From assembly GCF_009914755.1 (NCBI RefSeq), contig NC_060925.1: a stretch of DNA of 64,000 bases; one strand, given 5' to 3'. Position numbers and translations under genes: made by a program. The stretch's first letter is position 1. The number at the start of each line of letters is the position of its first letter. This document shows positions 34,499 to 48,412 of this stretch, in pieces. Source of the stretch: the human T2T-CHM13v2.0 reference genome, Homo sapiens. The notes beneath the pieces were generated by a model. The model had not been told where the DNA came from and searched no databases. It saw only the letters and a list, made by a program, of their open reading frames with translations.

Positions 34499-35621
34499 AT
34501 GCTGGGTCACCAATACATACACTGAATGCTGCTCTTTTATTAAGCATATAGAAGAGAACCAAAGCATGTCTATTTAAATGAATGAATGATCACACACACT
34601 TGTTCTAACATTTACTTTAGGGTTTGATATTTTCCGTGCAATTATGTTCAGAATTAGAGTATTTTACAGTGAATCTTAAATTTAGTTTTGGTAACTCCTT
34701 TTTAAAAATACAAATTGACCAGTCAACTTTTAAAGTAATATTTGACACAATGCTGTCTGTGTGAATACATTTTTATCCTCTATTTTTCTTCTCTCCATTT
34801 TCTAGTATACGTGATTGATGAAACCAATGGTACATCTGGAACACTGGCTGAAATGAAGAATGGAAAATGTTAGCTTTCCAGGCCTCCTCAGGCCAGGAAG
34901 GCATACTGGAGAGATATGGCAGCAGAGTCACACAAGCAAGGCAGCTGGATTTGTGACAATGAGAGAAGCGCGGGGTCAAAGAACATAGAGTGTTTTGAGA
35001 ACAGTGTCTCCAGATGAGAGGGAAGAGAACTGGTAAGGGATGAGAATGGTGATGTCACAGGGCCACATTAGGGGCTAAAGAGCTTCATATTGCTCTAGAA
35101 TGCAATGGAAGCCACTGAAGAACTTTGAGAGGGGGTGGAGAGGTGTGGCATGTTTCAGATTTGTTGGAAAGATCCTGCTTTTACATTTTGCATATGCAGT
35201 ACCACTTCTACCTTCCATGCCCCACCTCCTCAGTTCTATTTCGCATTATTATCTAAATAGAAACCTTCTGGAGAAGACGGAAAAGGCATTTGCCCTGAAT
35301 CTGTTTCTTCGGATATAATATCCATTACAAATGCTACTGAAAGTCTTGATCTGGTAGCTCTAACTTGATTCAAAATCATCGTTCAACAACTTGAGCTTTT
35401 AGTATTTCCTCTAATTTTTTCAGAAAGGAAAGCACCTCAGCTATCTGCAGCACAACTATGAAGGCAAACTTCGTTATTTTGTATAGTTGTGACATTCTAA
35501 CATTGTAAAGACAAGTTTACAGAAAAAAAAATGGGTCCAGTATGAACCAAAAAATGGGTTCAGGGCCCAAGATATCTCAATAATGTGCTGCTTCTTCATT
35601 ATGTTAAAATGGGGATGCAGA

Positions 35622-35880
35622 GGCCAGGAGCGGTGGCTCACCCCTGTAATCCCAGCCTGACCAACATGGTGAAACCCCGTCTCTACTAAAACTACAAAAA
35701 AAAAAAAAAAAAAAAAAAATTAGCCTGGCGTGGTAGTGCTTGCCTGCAATCCTAGCTACTCAGGAGGCTGAGGCAGGAGAATAGCTTGAATCCGGGAGGC
35801 AGAGGTTGCAGTGAGCCAAGATTGTGCCACTGTATTCTAGCCTGGGTGACAGAGCAAGACTCTGTCTCAAAAGAAAAAAG
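35622..35880 (+). mobile_element. AluS with left-arm deletion and expanded A linker
   Basis: 15-bp TSD aaatggggatg(c/a)aga at 35607-21 and 35881-95; junction taatcccagc|ctgaccaac. Confidence 0.93.
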
Positions 35881-38769
35881 AAATGGGGATGAAGAATATT
35901 ACAAACTCATTGCAAGTCCTACATTTTTTGGACTGATTTGTTATGGGTCTTCCAGAAATTTCAAATTCAAGATGGTGGTTTGTTTCCTAAAAAAACATAA
36001 AACTTGCCAAAAGCCTCTTCTACATGCCAAATCAATTTGACAATGCATTTCAAAAGCAATTGGTAGAATCTAGGCTATGCCATCTGAAGATTTGCTCAGG
36101 GAAATGAAATTTAAGTAGAATGTCATCAATTAATTTAGGTTCTTGGCATATGGAAACTTTGGCTTGGTACCTTTTCTACCCAAACTCAAACAAAATGAAG
36201 TAGAATACTTATGGCTTACCTGTATACAATGGTATAAAGAAAGAAAGAAAGAAAATATTGACATTGCATGGTGTTAGATAATACTAATATGTTACCAATA
36301 TATCATATCTGAATGTTACTGTGTCAGAATGAATATGAAGCATAGTGAGTTTGGGGCAGCCTGGAAGAATGGATATTTGGGGAGCTGAACCATTTGGGGT
36401 GGAGAAGATTATGCATATGCTATTGTCAAGTAAGCCTGTTCATTGATAAGAATGCCTAATCTCTACAAACTGGTATCTGGAGGATTCTTATTATGAATTA
36501 ACTGAATATTGAGCTGCTGGGTGAGATCCAGAAAGACCCATTGATGACCTAAGCTTTCATATCCAGTGCAAGGATTAGAGCCGTACTTTGGGCTTCTGCC
36601 ATAAATCTCAGGACCCTGGACTCCAAGAAAAGATTTGCGTTTGATTATTGACTCTGCTTGTATCATTAGTATATAAACCTGAGCAAAACTTCAACCCGGC
36701 AGGACTCTAAGATATCAATCTGGAATCTTTTTATTCTCTCTCAGCCTTTCTCCGTTCTTTCTAGTCCATATTTTGAGTAGGAGCTAGGAAAAAGGGGGAA
36801 AAAAGTGCTCTCAGCAGGAGTTGGCACGGTGAGGAGGAGCAAATCATCTTTTCTTCCAGTGATTAAAGCCCTGACCTTAGGCAAGTATCCTGGACATATT
36901 GTCTTTTCTCTTTTAGACTGACATAACCAGTGCTCGGCACCAGAGTAGCTTCTGAAATTGAATACGACTCTTTCTACTCCACTTAATACTGTCAGTACAG
37001 CAGTTCAGGTCTGGCTGTCCCTTGCACAGTTGCTGGCCCGATTAGTGCAGCACAGTGTAAAGATTACAAGTCCCTGTTCTGCTCCAAGTGTCAGTGATTT
37101 AATCAGCCCCTTCAGGTGAAATGCAAAGCCACAAATTCAGTGGCAGAAGGTGGTGGTGGTGTGAATATACCCATTGATTTCCACTTACAAAAACAGTTTT
37201 CTTTGGAGAGTGACTCTTTAATTACCCTTTGCTGGCGTCTGGTAGGCCAGTTTCCTCATGACAGATTAAATTTACCACATTCTGTTTTGATACCAAGTGA
37301 AAATTTCCGAGTCATTCTGATTATCTTTCTCCTTCTTTCTGCTGTGACCCTTCATTACCCCCTGTGGCCTTTCCTTCTGTTCTGTTCGCAGGTGCTTTAA
37401 CTTTCTTTTCCTACAATTTTCAATTATACACCCACTCTGTTTTGTCCTTCTTTTTCTTTTTTTACTGATAGAGAGATACAGATGTTGCCCTGTAATTTCT
37501 CCTAACAGCTTGAAAGGACAAAAATAGACAAGCTCATTGAAATAATTTCTTTGAAAAATATTTAAAGTTTACAAATCCCAACACTCTATCCTAGTACAAC
37601 TTTTAAGATAATAAAAATTAAAGTTGGGACTGAAATGTTGGGTAGCTGAAGAATAACTTAATACCCAATTATGTGAAGAAAGAAGAACTTTAGAAAATTA
37701 TGTTTTATGAATAGTAAATAAACTGCAGGCTGAGAGACTAGCACCTCTGTGTTTACTCTCTCTACCTCATTTCCAGTTTCTTTGTCCATTTGTATTAACA
37801 GAGCACAAAGCAACTTCATCTTACTTCTGGCTGTGCTCCAGGTAGAATTTGGAGAGGTCATTAAATCTTTCTGGCCTCGGTTTCCTAATTTATAAAATGA
37901 GAAAGTTGGGGTAAATCATTTCTGCCATGTCTCTCAGCAGAAGCATTCTGTAATTCTATGAAATATTTGAGAGTGAAAGGATATTTTAACCACAGACATA
38001 GTTTGTCTCAAGAAGCCCTCGGTGGGCCATGGCGTGGAAGGTTCTGATATGATCCAGCTTTGATGTCAAAGTGGTTTTTTTTTTTTCCATTTACAACAGA
38101 TCAACAGTGGTAAAGGCATGTGAGGTTTCAATAATACTTTTTCTTTCTTGAATTTAGTAAACTATATGCTAAATAACTCTTGGATTGTTTCTTGTTTCAC
38201 TCCACTTTCATGCAAAAGCAAGCTCATAGTAAATTTCCCATTATTTGACTTGTTCTTGCAGTAATTTATCACATTGGGGAAAATGCCATCTAACCTCAAC
38301 AAATTAAAGCCAAATTTGATTTAATCATTTTCACTTTAACAGAAGCCATTAGCAAGGCAGGATTAAGAATAAATTCTCTGTTTTGATTATTTGTGTTGAA
38401 AACATTTATTGGATTCCTTACCAAATTACTCTTTACATTCTCTTGCTGCTCTGGCCCTGATTTGTTTATTAATGATTGAGGTCACTGCCCGATTTATGAA
38501 CAAAAGCATCTGTCATATTTACAATACTGCTCATAAAAATTCCTGGTATTTGTTGCATTGCAATGAAAGCACTGATGGTGATTAGTGTTAAGCAAGACTC
38601 TAAATATTTATAAATTGATACATAAAAGTATCCAAAGTGTGGATTCTGTAAAATGTGAGCTTTGTAACCATAGTAGTTATGTTTTTCACAATAACTATTA
38701 TCTGATCCTCAGAATGAACTTGGGGTGTATTGGATTTTGGAATCTATCTAGAGTGGATATTAATACTTA

Positions 38770-39860
<1,091 letters not shown>

Positions 39861-39916
39861 ACTCCCTCTTCTTTTGCATATTAAATATTTATTGCACTAG
39901 GTACATAGAAAATAGC

Positions 39917-42232
39917 TGTATTAGTCCATTCTCACACTGCTATAAAGGACTGCTCGAGACTGGGTAATTCATAAAGGAAAGAGGTTTAATTGACTCAGTT
40001 CTGCATACTGAAGAGGCCTCTGGAAACTTACAATCATGGCAGAAAGGGAAGCAAACATGTCCTTCTTCACATGATGGCAGGAAGGAGAAATGCCCAGCAA
40101 AAGGGGGGAAAGCCCGTTGTAAAACCATCAGATCTCATGAGAACTCACTCACTATCACAAGAACAGCAGCATAGTGTAACGTCCCACATGATTCAATTAC
40201 CTCCCATTGGGGCCCTCCCATGACACATGGGTATTATAGGAACTAAAATTCAAGATGAGCTTTATGTGGGGACACAGCCAAACCATATCATTCTGCCCTT
40301 GGCCCCTCCCAAATCTCATGTCCTCACATTTCAAAACAGCATCATGCCTTCCCAACAGTCCCCCAAAGTCTTAACTCATTCCAACGTTAGCCCAAAAGTC
40401 CCAGTCCAAAGTCTCATCTGAGAAAAGGCAAGACCGCTCTGCCTATTAGCCTGTACAATCAAAAGCAAGTTAGTTACTTCCTAGATACAATGAGGGTGCA
40501 GGCACTGAGTAAATACACCATTTCTAAATGGGAGAAATTGGCCAAAACAAAGGGGCTACAGGCCCTGAGGAAGTCTGAAATCCAGTGGGGCAGTCAAATC
40601 TTAAAGCTCCAAAATGATATACTTTGACTCCATGTCTCACATCCGGGTCATGCTGATCCATGGCCTTGGGCAGCTCTGCCCCTGTGGCTTTGCAGGGCAC
40701 AGCCCCACTCTCATCTGTCTTCATGGGCTGGTGTTGAGTATCTGCAGCTTTTCTGGATGCACAGTGCAAGCTGTTGGTGGATCTATTATTCTGGGGTCTG
40801 GAGGATGGTGGCCCTCTTCTCACAGCTCCACCAGGTAGTGCCCCAGGAGGGACCCTGTGTGGGGGCTTCAACCCCACTTTCCCATTCTGCATTGCCCTAG
40901 CAAAGGTTCTCCATGAGGTCTCTACCCCTGCAGCAAACTTCTGCTTGGACATTCAGGCATTTGCATACATCCTCTGAAACCTAGGTAGAGGTTCCCAAAC
41001 CTCAATTCTTGACTTCTGTGTACCCATGGGCTGAACACAATGTGAAAGCTGCCAAAACTTGGGACTTGTACCCTCTGAAGTGATGGCCCAAGCTGTACCT
41101 TGGCCCACTTTAGCCACAGCTGGGACATAGGGCAACAAGTCCTGAGACTGCACAAAGCAACAAGGCCCTGGGCTTGGCCCACAAAAGCATTTTTCCTCCT
41201 AGGCCTCTGGGCCTGTGATGGGAGGGGATGCTGTGAATACCTCTGCCATGTCCTGGAGACATTTTTCCCATTGTCTTAGTAATTAACATTGGCTCCTTGT
41301 TACTTATGCAAATTTCTGCAGCCAACTTTAATTTCTCCTTAGAAAATGCGTTTTTCTTTTCCATCATATCATCAGGGTGCCAATTTGCCAAACTTTTATG
41401 CTCTGCTTCCCTCCAATTCCAAACAATATCTTTGTGAATACATAAAATTGAATGCTTTTAAGAGCACCAAAGTCACCTCTTGAACCCCGCTGCTTAGAAA
41501 TTTCTTCTGCCAGATATCCTAAATAGTCTCTCTCAAGTTCAAAGTTCCACAGATCTCTAGGGTAGGGGCAAAATGCCACCAGTCTCTTTGCTAAAACATA
41601 GCAAGAGTCCCCTTTTTTCCAGTTCCCAACAAGTTCTTCATCTCTATCTAAGATCACCTCAGCCTGGGCTTCATTGTCTATATCACTACTAGCATTTTGG
41701 TCAAAGCCATTCAACAAGTCTCTAGGAAGTTCCAAACTTTCCCACATTTTTGTATCTTCTGAGCTCTCCAAACTGTTTGAAACTCTGCCTGTTACTCAGT
41801 TCCAAAGTTGCTTCCACATTTTCAGGTATCTTTACAGCAGCACCCTACTCCTGGTGCCAAATTACTCTATTAGTCTATTCTCATGCTGCTATAAAGGACT
41901 GCTCAAGACTGGGTAATTTATAAGGGAAAGAGGTTGAATTGACTCATAGTTTTGCTGGGGAGGCCTCAGGAAACTTACAATCATGGTGGAAGGGGAAGCA
42001 AACACGTCCTTCTTCACACGATAACAAGAAGGAGGAATGACGAGCAAAAGGGAAAAAACCCCTTATAAAACCATCAGATCTTGTGAGAATTCACTATGAC
42101 AAGAACAGCATCATGGGGGTAACCACTCCCATGATTCAATTACCTCCTATGGGGTTCCTCCATGACATGTGGGGATTATGGGAACTACAATTGAAGATGA
42201 GATTTTGGTGGGGACACAGCCAAACCATATCA
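39917..42232 (-). mobile_element. Full-length THE1C MaLR element (3' LTR 39917-40290, internal 40291-41865, 5' LTR 41866-42232)
   Basis: Two LTRs both ending ggggacacagccaaaccatatca with gcaaacac/tgtccttcttcaca; about 1.6-kb THE1-int whose ORF remnants (..WESLELPRDLLNGFDQNA..) appear in the track. Confidence 0.93.
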
Positions 42233-42531
42233 ATAATAAATAAATGTTAGTCATTATTAAAATAAGTTAAGTAAATTGATGAAATTTTAGACCTGAATTG
42301 AAGCTTCATGATTCTGTGTAATATACACATATTATATTTCCTAGATGACATAATCTTTTCACCATTATTCACCAAGTGAACTTCATTAAGATTCCACTTC
42401 AAAATCCTTTCTCTGTGAAGCCTTCGATAGTTGCCACCCATGACTGTTAGATGTTCCATTTTCTGAGCTTCCAAAAACCTTTTCCATTGATCTCACTATA
42501 GCATGTATTATCATAATGATTATGACTGAAA

Positions 42532-43220
42532 TGAAAGGAAAATAAAAATCTCAAGACCCCAAACTCACTATGGCAAGGGGAAAAGTCGAGCTTGGGAATT
42601 GTGTCACACAAAGTGCCTTTCATTTTGTTCCTGAATAGATAGCTGCAAAGATAGAAGGCTACATACCTCCCTGGGGGTCTTCTTCACAATTTGCTCATAA
42701 AGAAATTCATTGTCAGTCTCAAGATCTTTACTCTAAAACTTAGTTCTGTTGAATTTCACCCTGACAATGTAAATTAACAGCTTATCTTTACAGGGACAAG
42801 ACAAAGACAGGACTAGGAGTCATCCCTCTGCTCACATGAGACAAATGCATAGTTAGCTGCTTCCTCTACTCTATGTTCATTTTCCCTTATATAAAAATTC
42901 AGACTCACTAAATGCCAGATGAATGCATAATTGATGAGTCCTCTGCACTCTCCTTTCACATGTAAAATGTGGATTCAGTGAACACTGATCAAAGTTTCAA
43001 ATTAATGCAACCATTTGCATTTTATCTATCTTTTATCTACCTTCCCTTGTTATTTCTTTCCTCTTTCCCCTACAGCCCACTCTTTCTCCTTTAAATATTG
43101 AAGTCTTCAAAACTCTCTTTGGGAAGATCACAATGTTCCTTTTTGGACACATTCTCAATCTTGGCAAAATAAACCTCTAAAATAATTATGACTCCCCTCA
43201 GTCATTTTCCTTGATTTATA
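42532..43220 (+). mobile_element. ERV1 MER4-group solo LTR (LTR29/LTR49/MER4-like)
   Basis: Starts tgaaaggaaaataaaaatctcaagaccccaaactcacta; ends cttggcaaaataaacctctaaa..; lies in an L2 3' end. Confidence 0.8.
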
Positions 43221-43664
43221 TTCTTTTGGCTTTGTACCTCCTGGAATGTAGGAATTCTGTCTCTCATCCTTGGTAATCTACCATTCACCTTCTTTACTGC
43301 ACAAATATTAGTCAATAAACATTTGATATATAAATGAATGAACACATATGCAAAAATAAATTGAGTTCAAAATAAAAGCCATCGTGGATGCCATTCAAGA
43401 GCTTTTAATAATTAAAGTATAGATTCTAAGTTGGTTTTACCATTAAAGTATTTAACTCTTATGATATGAAGCCTGAAGTGATTTGGTGTTCGTTTCTTCA
43501 TAGAAGGAAAAATAACTTGGGTGATTATCTTCATCACAATTATTTTTCTAACTATAACCCAGATTTCTCAGTGTCTCCTGCTTGATCATCTTTCTGCTAC
43601 CAACAACTAAATTTGATTTATCCGAGACTCAGTCCTCACGCTAAGTCTTCTCCAGTTCCATGGC

Positions 43665-43960
43665 TTTATTTTATTTTTGAGACTGGGTCTCACTGTGTTG
43701 CCCAGGCTGAAGTGCAGTGGTGCAATCACGGCTTACTGCAGCATTAACCTGGGTTCAAGCGATCCTCCCACCCCAGACTCATGAGTAGCTGGGACTACAG
43801 GTGTGAGCCAACATGCTGGGCTAATTGTTTTTTAATTTTTAGAAGAAATGAGGTCTCACTATGTTGTTCAGGCTGGACGCAAACTCCTGGGTTCAAGTGA
43901 TTTACCCTCCTTGGCCTCCCAAAGTGCTGGGTTTACAGGAGTGAGCCACAGCTCCTGGCC
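43665..43960 (-). mobile_element. AluJ
   Basis: Diverged dimer; gaggtctcactatgttg J-type signature. Confidence 0.92.
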
Positions 43961-44389
43961 TCCTATGGTTTTAAATACCATGTGTACATTGACAACTCTT
44001 AATGCATAGTTTTTGTCTGGGCCTTTCCTCTGAATTCCAAAGCATATCTATAGCTGCAACTCAGCATCTCTACTTGGATGCCTAGTGGTTATATCAATCT
44101 TAATATTTCCAGTGCTCAGCTCTTGAAGAGATGTGCCTTGTTCACCATCCATTACCCTTTCCTACAGCCATCTGACACCAGATTCCTTCCCCACTTAATA
44201 AGTGGCACCTCTACTCATTCAATTGCTTAGGCCAAACATAGAAAATTGTTCTTGACTTTTTTTTCCCCATCCCCAGGTTCCGATGAAGAAATTCTCTTCC
44301 ATATACCTTCAAAATACATACCACTATCCAAAAGCCACCATCTTCAGTGCTACCACACCAGTCCAAGTCACCATATTCTTATACCTCTG

Positions 44390-44807
44390 TGTCTCAGTTC
44401 ATTTTATGTTGCTATAATGTAATGCCCGAGGCTGGGTAATTTTTTTTTTTTAAAAAAAGGTTTATTTGGCTTAAGATTCTGATGGCTGGAAATTCAAGAT
44501 TAGGCATCTATATCAGATGAGGTCCTCTGGCTGTGTCCACTCATGGCAGAAGGCTAATGGAAGCTGGAAGATCACATGGTGAAAGTGGAAGCAGGAGAGA
44601 GAGGGAGGAAGTGTCAGGCTCTTTTTAACAACCAGCTCTCCAGGAAACTAATAAAATGAGGACTCACTCAACTCCATGGGAGGGTATTAATCTATTAATG
44701 AGGGATCTGCCTGCATGACCCAAAGCCCTCCTATGAGGCTTCACCTCCTGCATTGGGTATCTAATTTCAATATGAGGTTGGTGCGGACAGATATCTAAAC
44801 CATAGCA
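44390..44807 (-). mobile_element. MaLR solo LTR (MSTB/MSTC-like)
   Basis: tgtctcagttcattttatgttgctata ... atctaaaccatagca. Confidence 0.85.
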
Positions 44808-45293
44808 CTGGGTCATCCCTTTAACTAGACTTCCTGTTGCTTCTATTGGCCTTTTGAAAATGTCAGTCAAGAATGTCACTTTCTAGCTCAAACTTGGACC
44901 TAACTCCTTCCCTATGTGGCTTACATGATCTGAATCCTGCCTCTCTATGACTTCATTGCTACTCCCAGCCTTGCCCACTCTGCTATAGCCACATGGGTCT
45001 TCTTGATTTTGCTCAAACATGACATTTGTTTATTTTGCATGGGTTTTCTCATTTTCTTTCTTTCCCCTTGGTATTCACAGGGCTATTTTTTTCATTCCAC
45101 TCCTTTCTATGCTCAAATATCCTTGCTTTAGAGAAATTATCACAAATTACTCTCTCTCCAAGGCCCTAAGTTTCCCATTCCATCATTTTCAAGTTTTTGC
45201 CTTAGCACTAATCACCACTGAATATGACTTTATATATTTATTTTTATATTACCTGTGTTCTACACCAGAAAGTAAGTCTTCCAAGGTCAGGGC

Positions 45294-45692
45294 TTTCACT
45301 CACTTTGATGTGAAGAGACCACCAAACAGGCTTTGTGTGAGCAATAAAGCTTTTTAATCACCTGGGTGCAGGTGGGCTGAGTCCAAAAAGAGAGTCAGCG
45401 AAGGGAGATAGGGGTGGGACGCTTTATAGGATTTGGGTAGGTAAAGGAAGATTAGTCAAAGGGAGCTGTTCTTTGGCGGGCAGAGGTGGGGGGGTCACAA
45501 GCTGCTCAGTGGGGGAGCTTTTGAGCCAGGATGAGCCAGGAGAAGGAATTTCACACGGTAATGTCATCAGTTAAGGCAGGAACAGGCCATTTTCACTTCT
45601 TTTGTGATTCTTCAGTTACTTCAGGCTATCTGGATGTATACGTGCAGGTCACAGAGGATATGATGGCTTAGCTTGGGCTCAGAGGCCTGACA
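45294..45692 (-). mobile_element. HERV-H 3' LTR (LTR7 family)
   Basis: Minus-strand start TGTCAGGCCTCTGAGCCCAAGCTAAGCCATC; ATTAAA poly(A) signal at 45353-58. Confidence 0.96.
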
Positions 45693-45705
45693 TTCCTGTC
45701 TTCTT
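45693..45705 (-). other. Polypurine tract
   Basis: Minus strand AAGAAGACAGGAA directly before the 3' LTR. Confidence 0.9.
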
Positions 45706-46538
45706 GTATTATTAAGAAAAATACAACAAAATAGTGGTAAAGTGTTGGGGCGGCGAAAATTTTTTGGGAGTGGTATGGAGAGATAATGAACGATGTTTCT
45801 CAGGGCTGCTTCCAGCAGGATTAGGGGTGGCGTGGGAACCTAGAGTGGGAGAGATTAAGCTGAAGGAAGATTTTGTGGTAAGGAGTGATATTGTGGGGTT
45901 GTTAGAAGAAACATTCATCATATAGAATTATTGGTGATGGCCTGGATACAGTTTCATATGAATTGAGATACTAAACGGAAGACACAAGGTCCAAATAAGA
46001 GAAGGAGAAAAACAGGTATTAAATGACTAAGAATTGGGAGGACCCAGGACATCCAATTAAAGAGTGTTCAAGGGGGTTCAGTGTAGCCCTGCCAGCAAGA
46101 TTATTTATTTACTTTAAGAGTTAAGAGTGGCGGTTTGGGGATAGCACCAGGAGATATCAGCTGTGACGGCTTGAAGAAACAGTGTAAACCAGCAGTGTAA
46201 ACAAAAGTAGGGCATTTATGAGTAGTTGAGAACGGTGAATAGGAGTATGACTAGATAGAAGATAGTAGGGATGACAAGTTTTTGGGGCACAGTCCGGGTT
46301 GGGCTGGTGTCTGGAATGAGATTGGGGCCTAATAAAAGGAGCGTCCATACAGGAGCTCAAATGGGCTGTACCCTGTATCATTCCAAGGACAGGCCAGAAT
46401 TCTGAGAAGGGAAAGTGGTAAAAGTATTGTCCAGTCCTTTTTAAGTTGGTGGCTGAGCTTGGTGAGGTGTGTTTTTAAGAGACCATTAGTCCATTTTACC
46501 TTTCCTGAAGATTGAGGACGGTAAGGGATATAAAGGCT

Positions 46539-47040
46539 TCACTGAGCACCAAGAGCCTGAAAAACTGCTTGAGTGATTTGACTAATAAAGGCCGGTCTGT
46601 TATCGGACTGTATAGAGGTGGGAAGGCCAAACCGAGGAATTATGTCTGACAGAAGGGAAGAAATGACCACAGTGGCCTTCTTAGACCCTGTAGGAAAGGC
46701 CTCTACCCATCCCATGAAAGTGTCTACCCAGACCAAGAGGTATTTTAGTTTCCTGACTTGGGGTATGTGAGTAAAGTCAATTTGCCAGTCCTGGGCAGGG
46801 GCAAATCCCCTAGCTTGATATGTAGGGAAGGGAGGGGGCCTTAACAATCTGAGGGGTAGTAGAATAGCAGATGGAACACTGAGAAGTGATTTCCTTGAGG
46901 ATAGATTTCCATGATAGAAAGGAAATGAGAGGTTCTAAGAGGCGGGCTAGCGGCGTGTAACCTACATGGAAGAGGTTATGAAATGATGACAGAATAGAAT
47001 GGGCCTGTGAGGCTGGAAAGAGATATCTTCCTTGGTCCAT
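46539..47040 (-). pseudogene. pol: HERV-H pol integrase relic
   Basis: Track ORFs contain H..FH...CSIC zinc-binding remnants and WQIDFTH..LVWVDTF.GWVEAFPT..SIQSDN core; frameshifted and truncated. Confidence 0.92.
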
Positions 47041-47149
47041 TTGTCTTGTGTGGGAAGAGACTGATAGGTGGAAGTTTCAGTGGGGAAGTAGGTGGGATTA
47101 GCCAGATGGGAAGGAGAAAAACTGCCGTGAGGGATAGAAGTTGGAACGC

Positions 47150-48400
47150 TAGCTGATTTTTTAGCTACCTTATCAGCATAAGTATTGTCCTGAGCGATGG
47201 GATCTGATGCCTTTTGATGGCTGCTTTTTTAGCTACCTTATCAGTATAAGTGTTGTCCTGAGTGATGGGATCTGATGCCTTTTGATGGCCCTTGCAGTGA
47301 ATGACTCCAGCTTCCTTTGGAAGTAAAGCAGCTTTGAGAAGAGCTTTTATCAAAGAGGCATTAATGATGGAGGACCCTTGCATAGTGAGGAAATTTCTTT
47401 TGCTCATATAAGAGCATGGTGGTGCAGGATATGGAAGACATACTTAGAGTCAGTATAAATATTGACATGTAGTCTCTTTGCAAGAGTGAGGGCCTGAGTT
47501 AAGGCAATGAGTTTGGCTTGCAGAGAGGTAGTGGAGGGGGGCAGAAAGTATAAGCATCAAGTGTAAGGAAGAAAATAGATCTTGGAAGTTATGAGAACTG
47601 TAGAGAGTGAGTTGAGCATAGTTTTGATTTTTAGGGCCTCTAAAAGCATTAAAGCAGCGGCAGCCACTGCACACAGACATGAGGGCTAGACTAAAACAGT
47701 AAGGTCAAGTTGTTTGGACAGAAAGGCTACAGGGCGCAGTCCTGGCTCATGTGTAAGAATTCTGACCACACTAACCATGCTTAGGAAGGAAAGGGGTTGT
47801 TTTGTAGAAGGGTTTGGGAGATTAGCTGGACACTATCAGCAGGGAGAGCACATGTGTTTTCATGAGAATTATGCCAAGATAGGTAACAGATGAGGAAGAA
47901 ATTTGGGCTTGACTGAAGTAATGGGGGCTGTCTGTGCAGACTTGAGGCAGTACAGACCAGGTAATTTGCTGAGCCTGAGCCTGATGGGTGTCAGGGTCAG
48001 TCCAAGTGAAAGCGAAGAGAGGCTGGGATGAAGGGTGCAAAGGAATAGTAAAGAAAGCATGTTTGAGATCCAGAACAGAATAATGGGTTGTGGAGGGAGG
48101 TATTGAGGATAGGAGAGTATATGGGTTTGGCACCATAGGGTGGATAGGTAAAACAATTAGGTTAATAAGGCACAGATCCTGAACTAACCTGTAAGGCTTG
48201 TCTGGTTTTAGGACAGGTAAAATGGGGGAATTGTAAGGAGAGTTTGCAGGCTTTAAAACACCATGCTGTAACAGGCAAGTGATAACAGGCTTTAATCCTT
48301 TTAAAGCGTGCTATGGGATGGGATATTGGCATTGAGCAGGGTAAGGGTGATTAGGTTTTAATGGGATGGTAAGGGGTGCATCATCCATCACCAAGAAGGG
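47150..48400 (-). pseudogene. pol: HERV-H pol RT/RNase H relic
   Basis: PNPYTLLS..YSVLDLKHAFFTIPL..FAFTWTDP..TWSVLPQ; YxDD region deleted (HYFSQ|AQISS junction); RNase H HCKGHQKA..ADKVAK-like end. Confidence 0.92.
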
Positions 48401-48412
48401 AGTAGAGGTGTC

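Larger units (their letters stand above)
43560..45293 (+). mobile_element. L2 3' region (continues at about 51284-51360 after the HERV-H)
   Basis: L2 phrases ggttttaaatacca, gcatctctacttggatg, cccactctgctatagccac, agtaagtcttccaaggtcagggc|ctttggcttattcattcttgta. Confidence 0.75.

Noticed and set aside
40524-41771. 135-142-aa ORFs
   Set aside because: Fragments of the decayed THE1 internal ORF.
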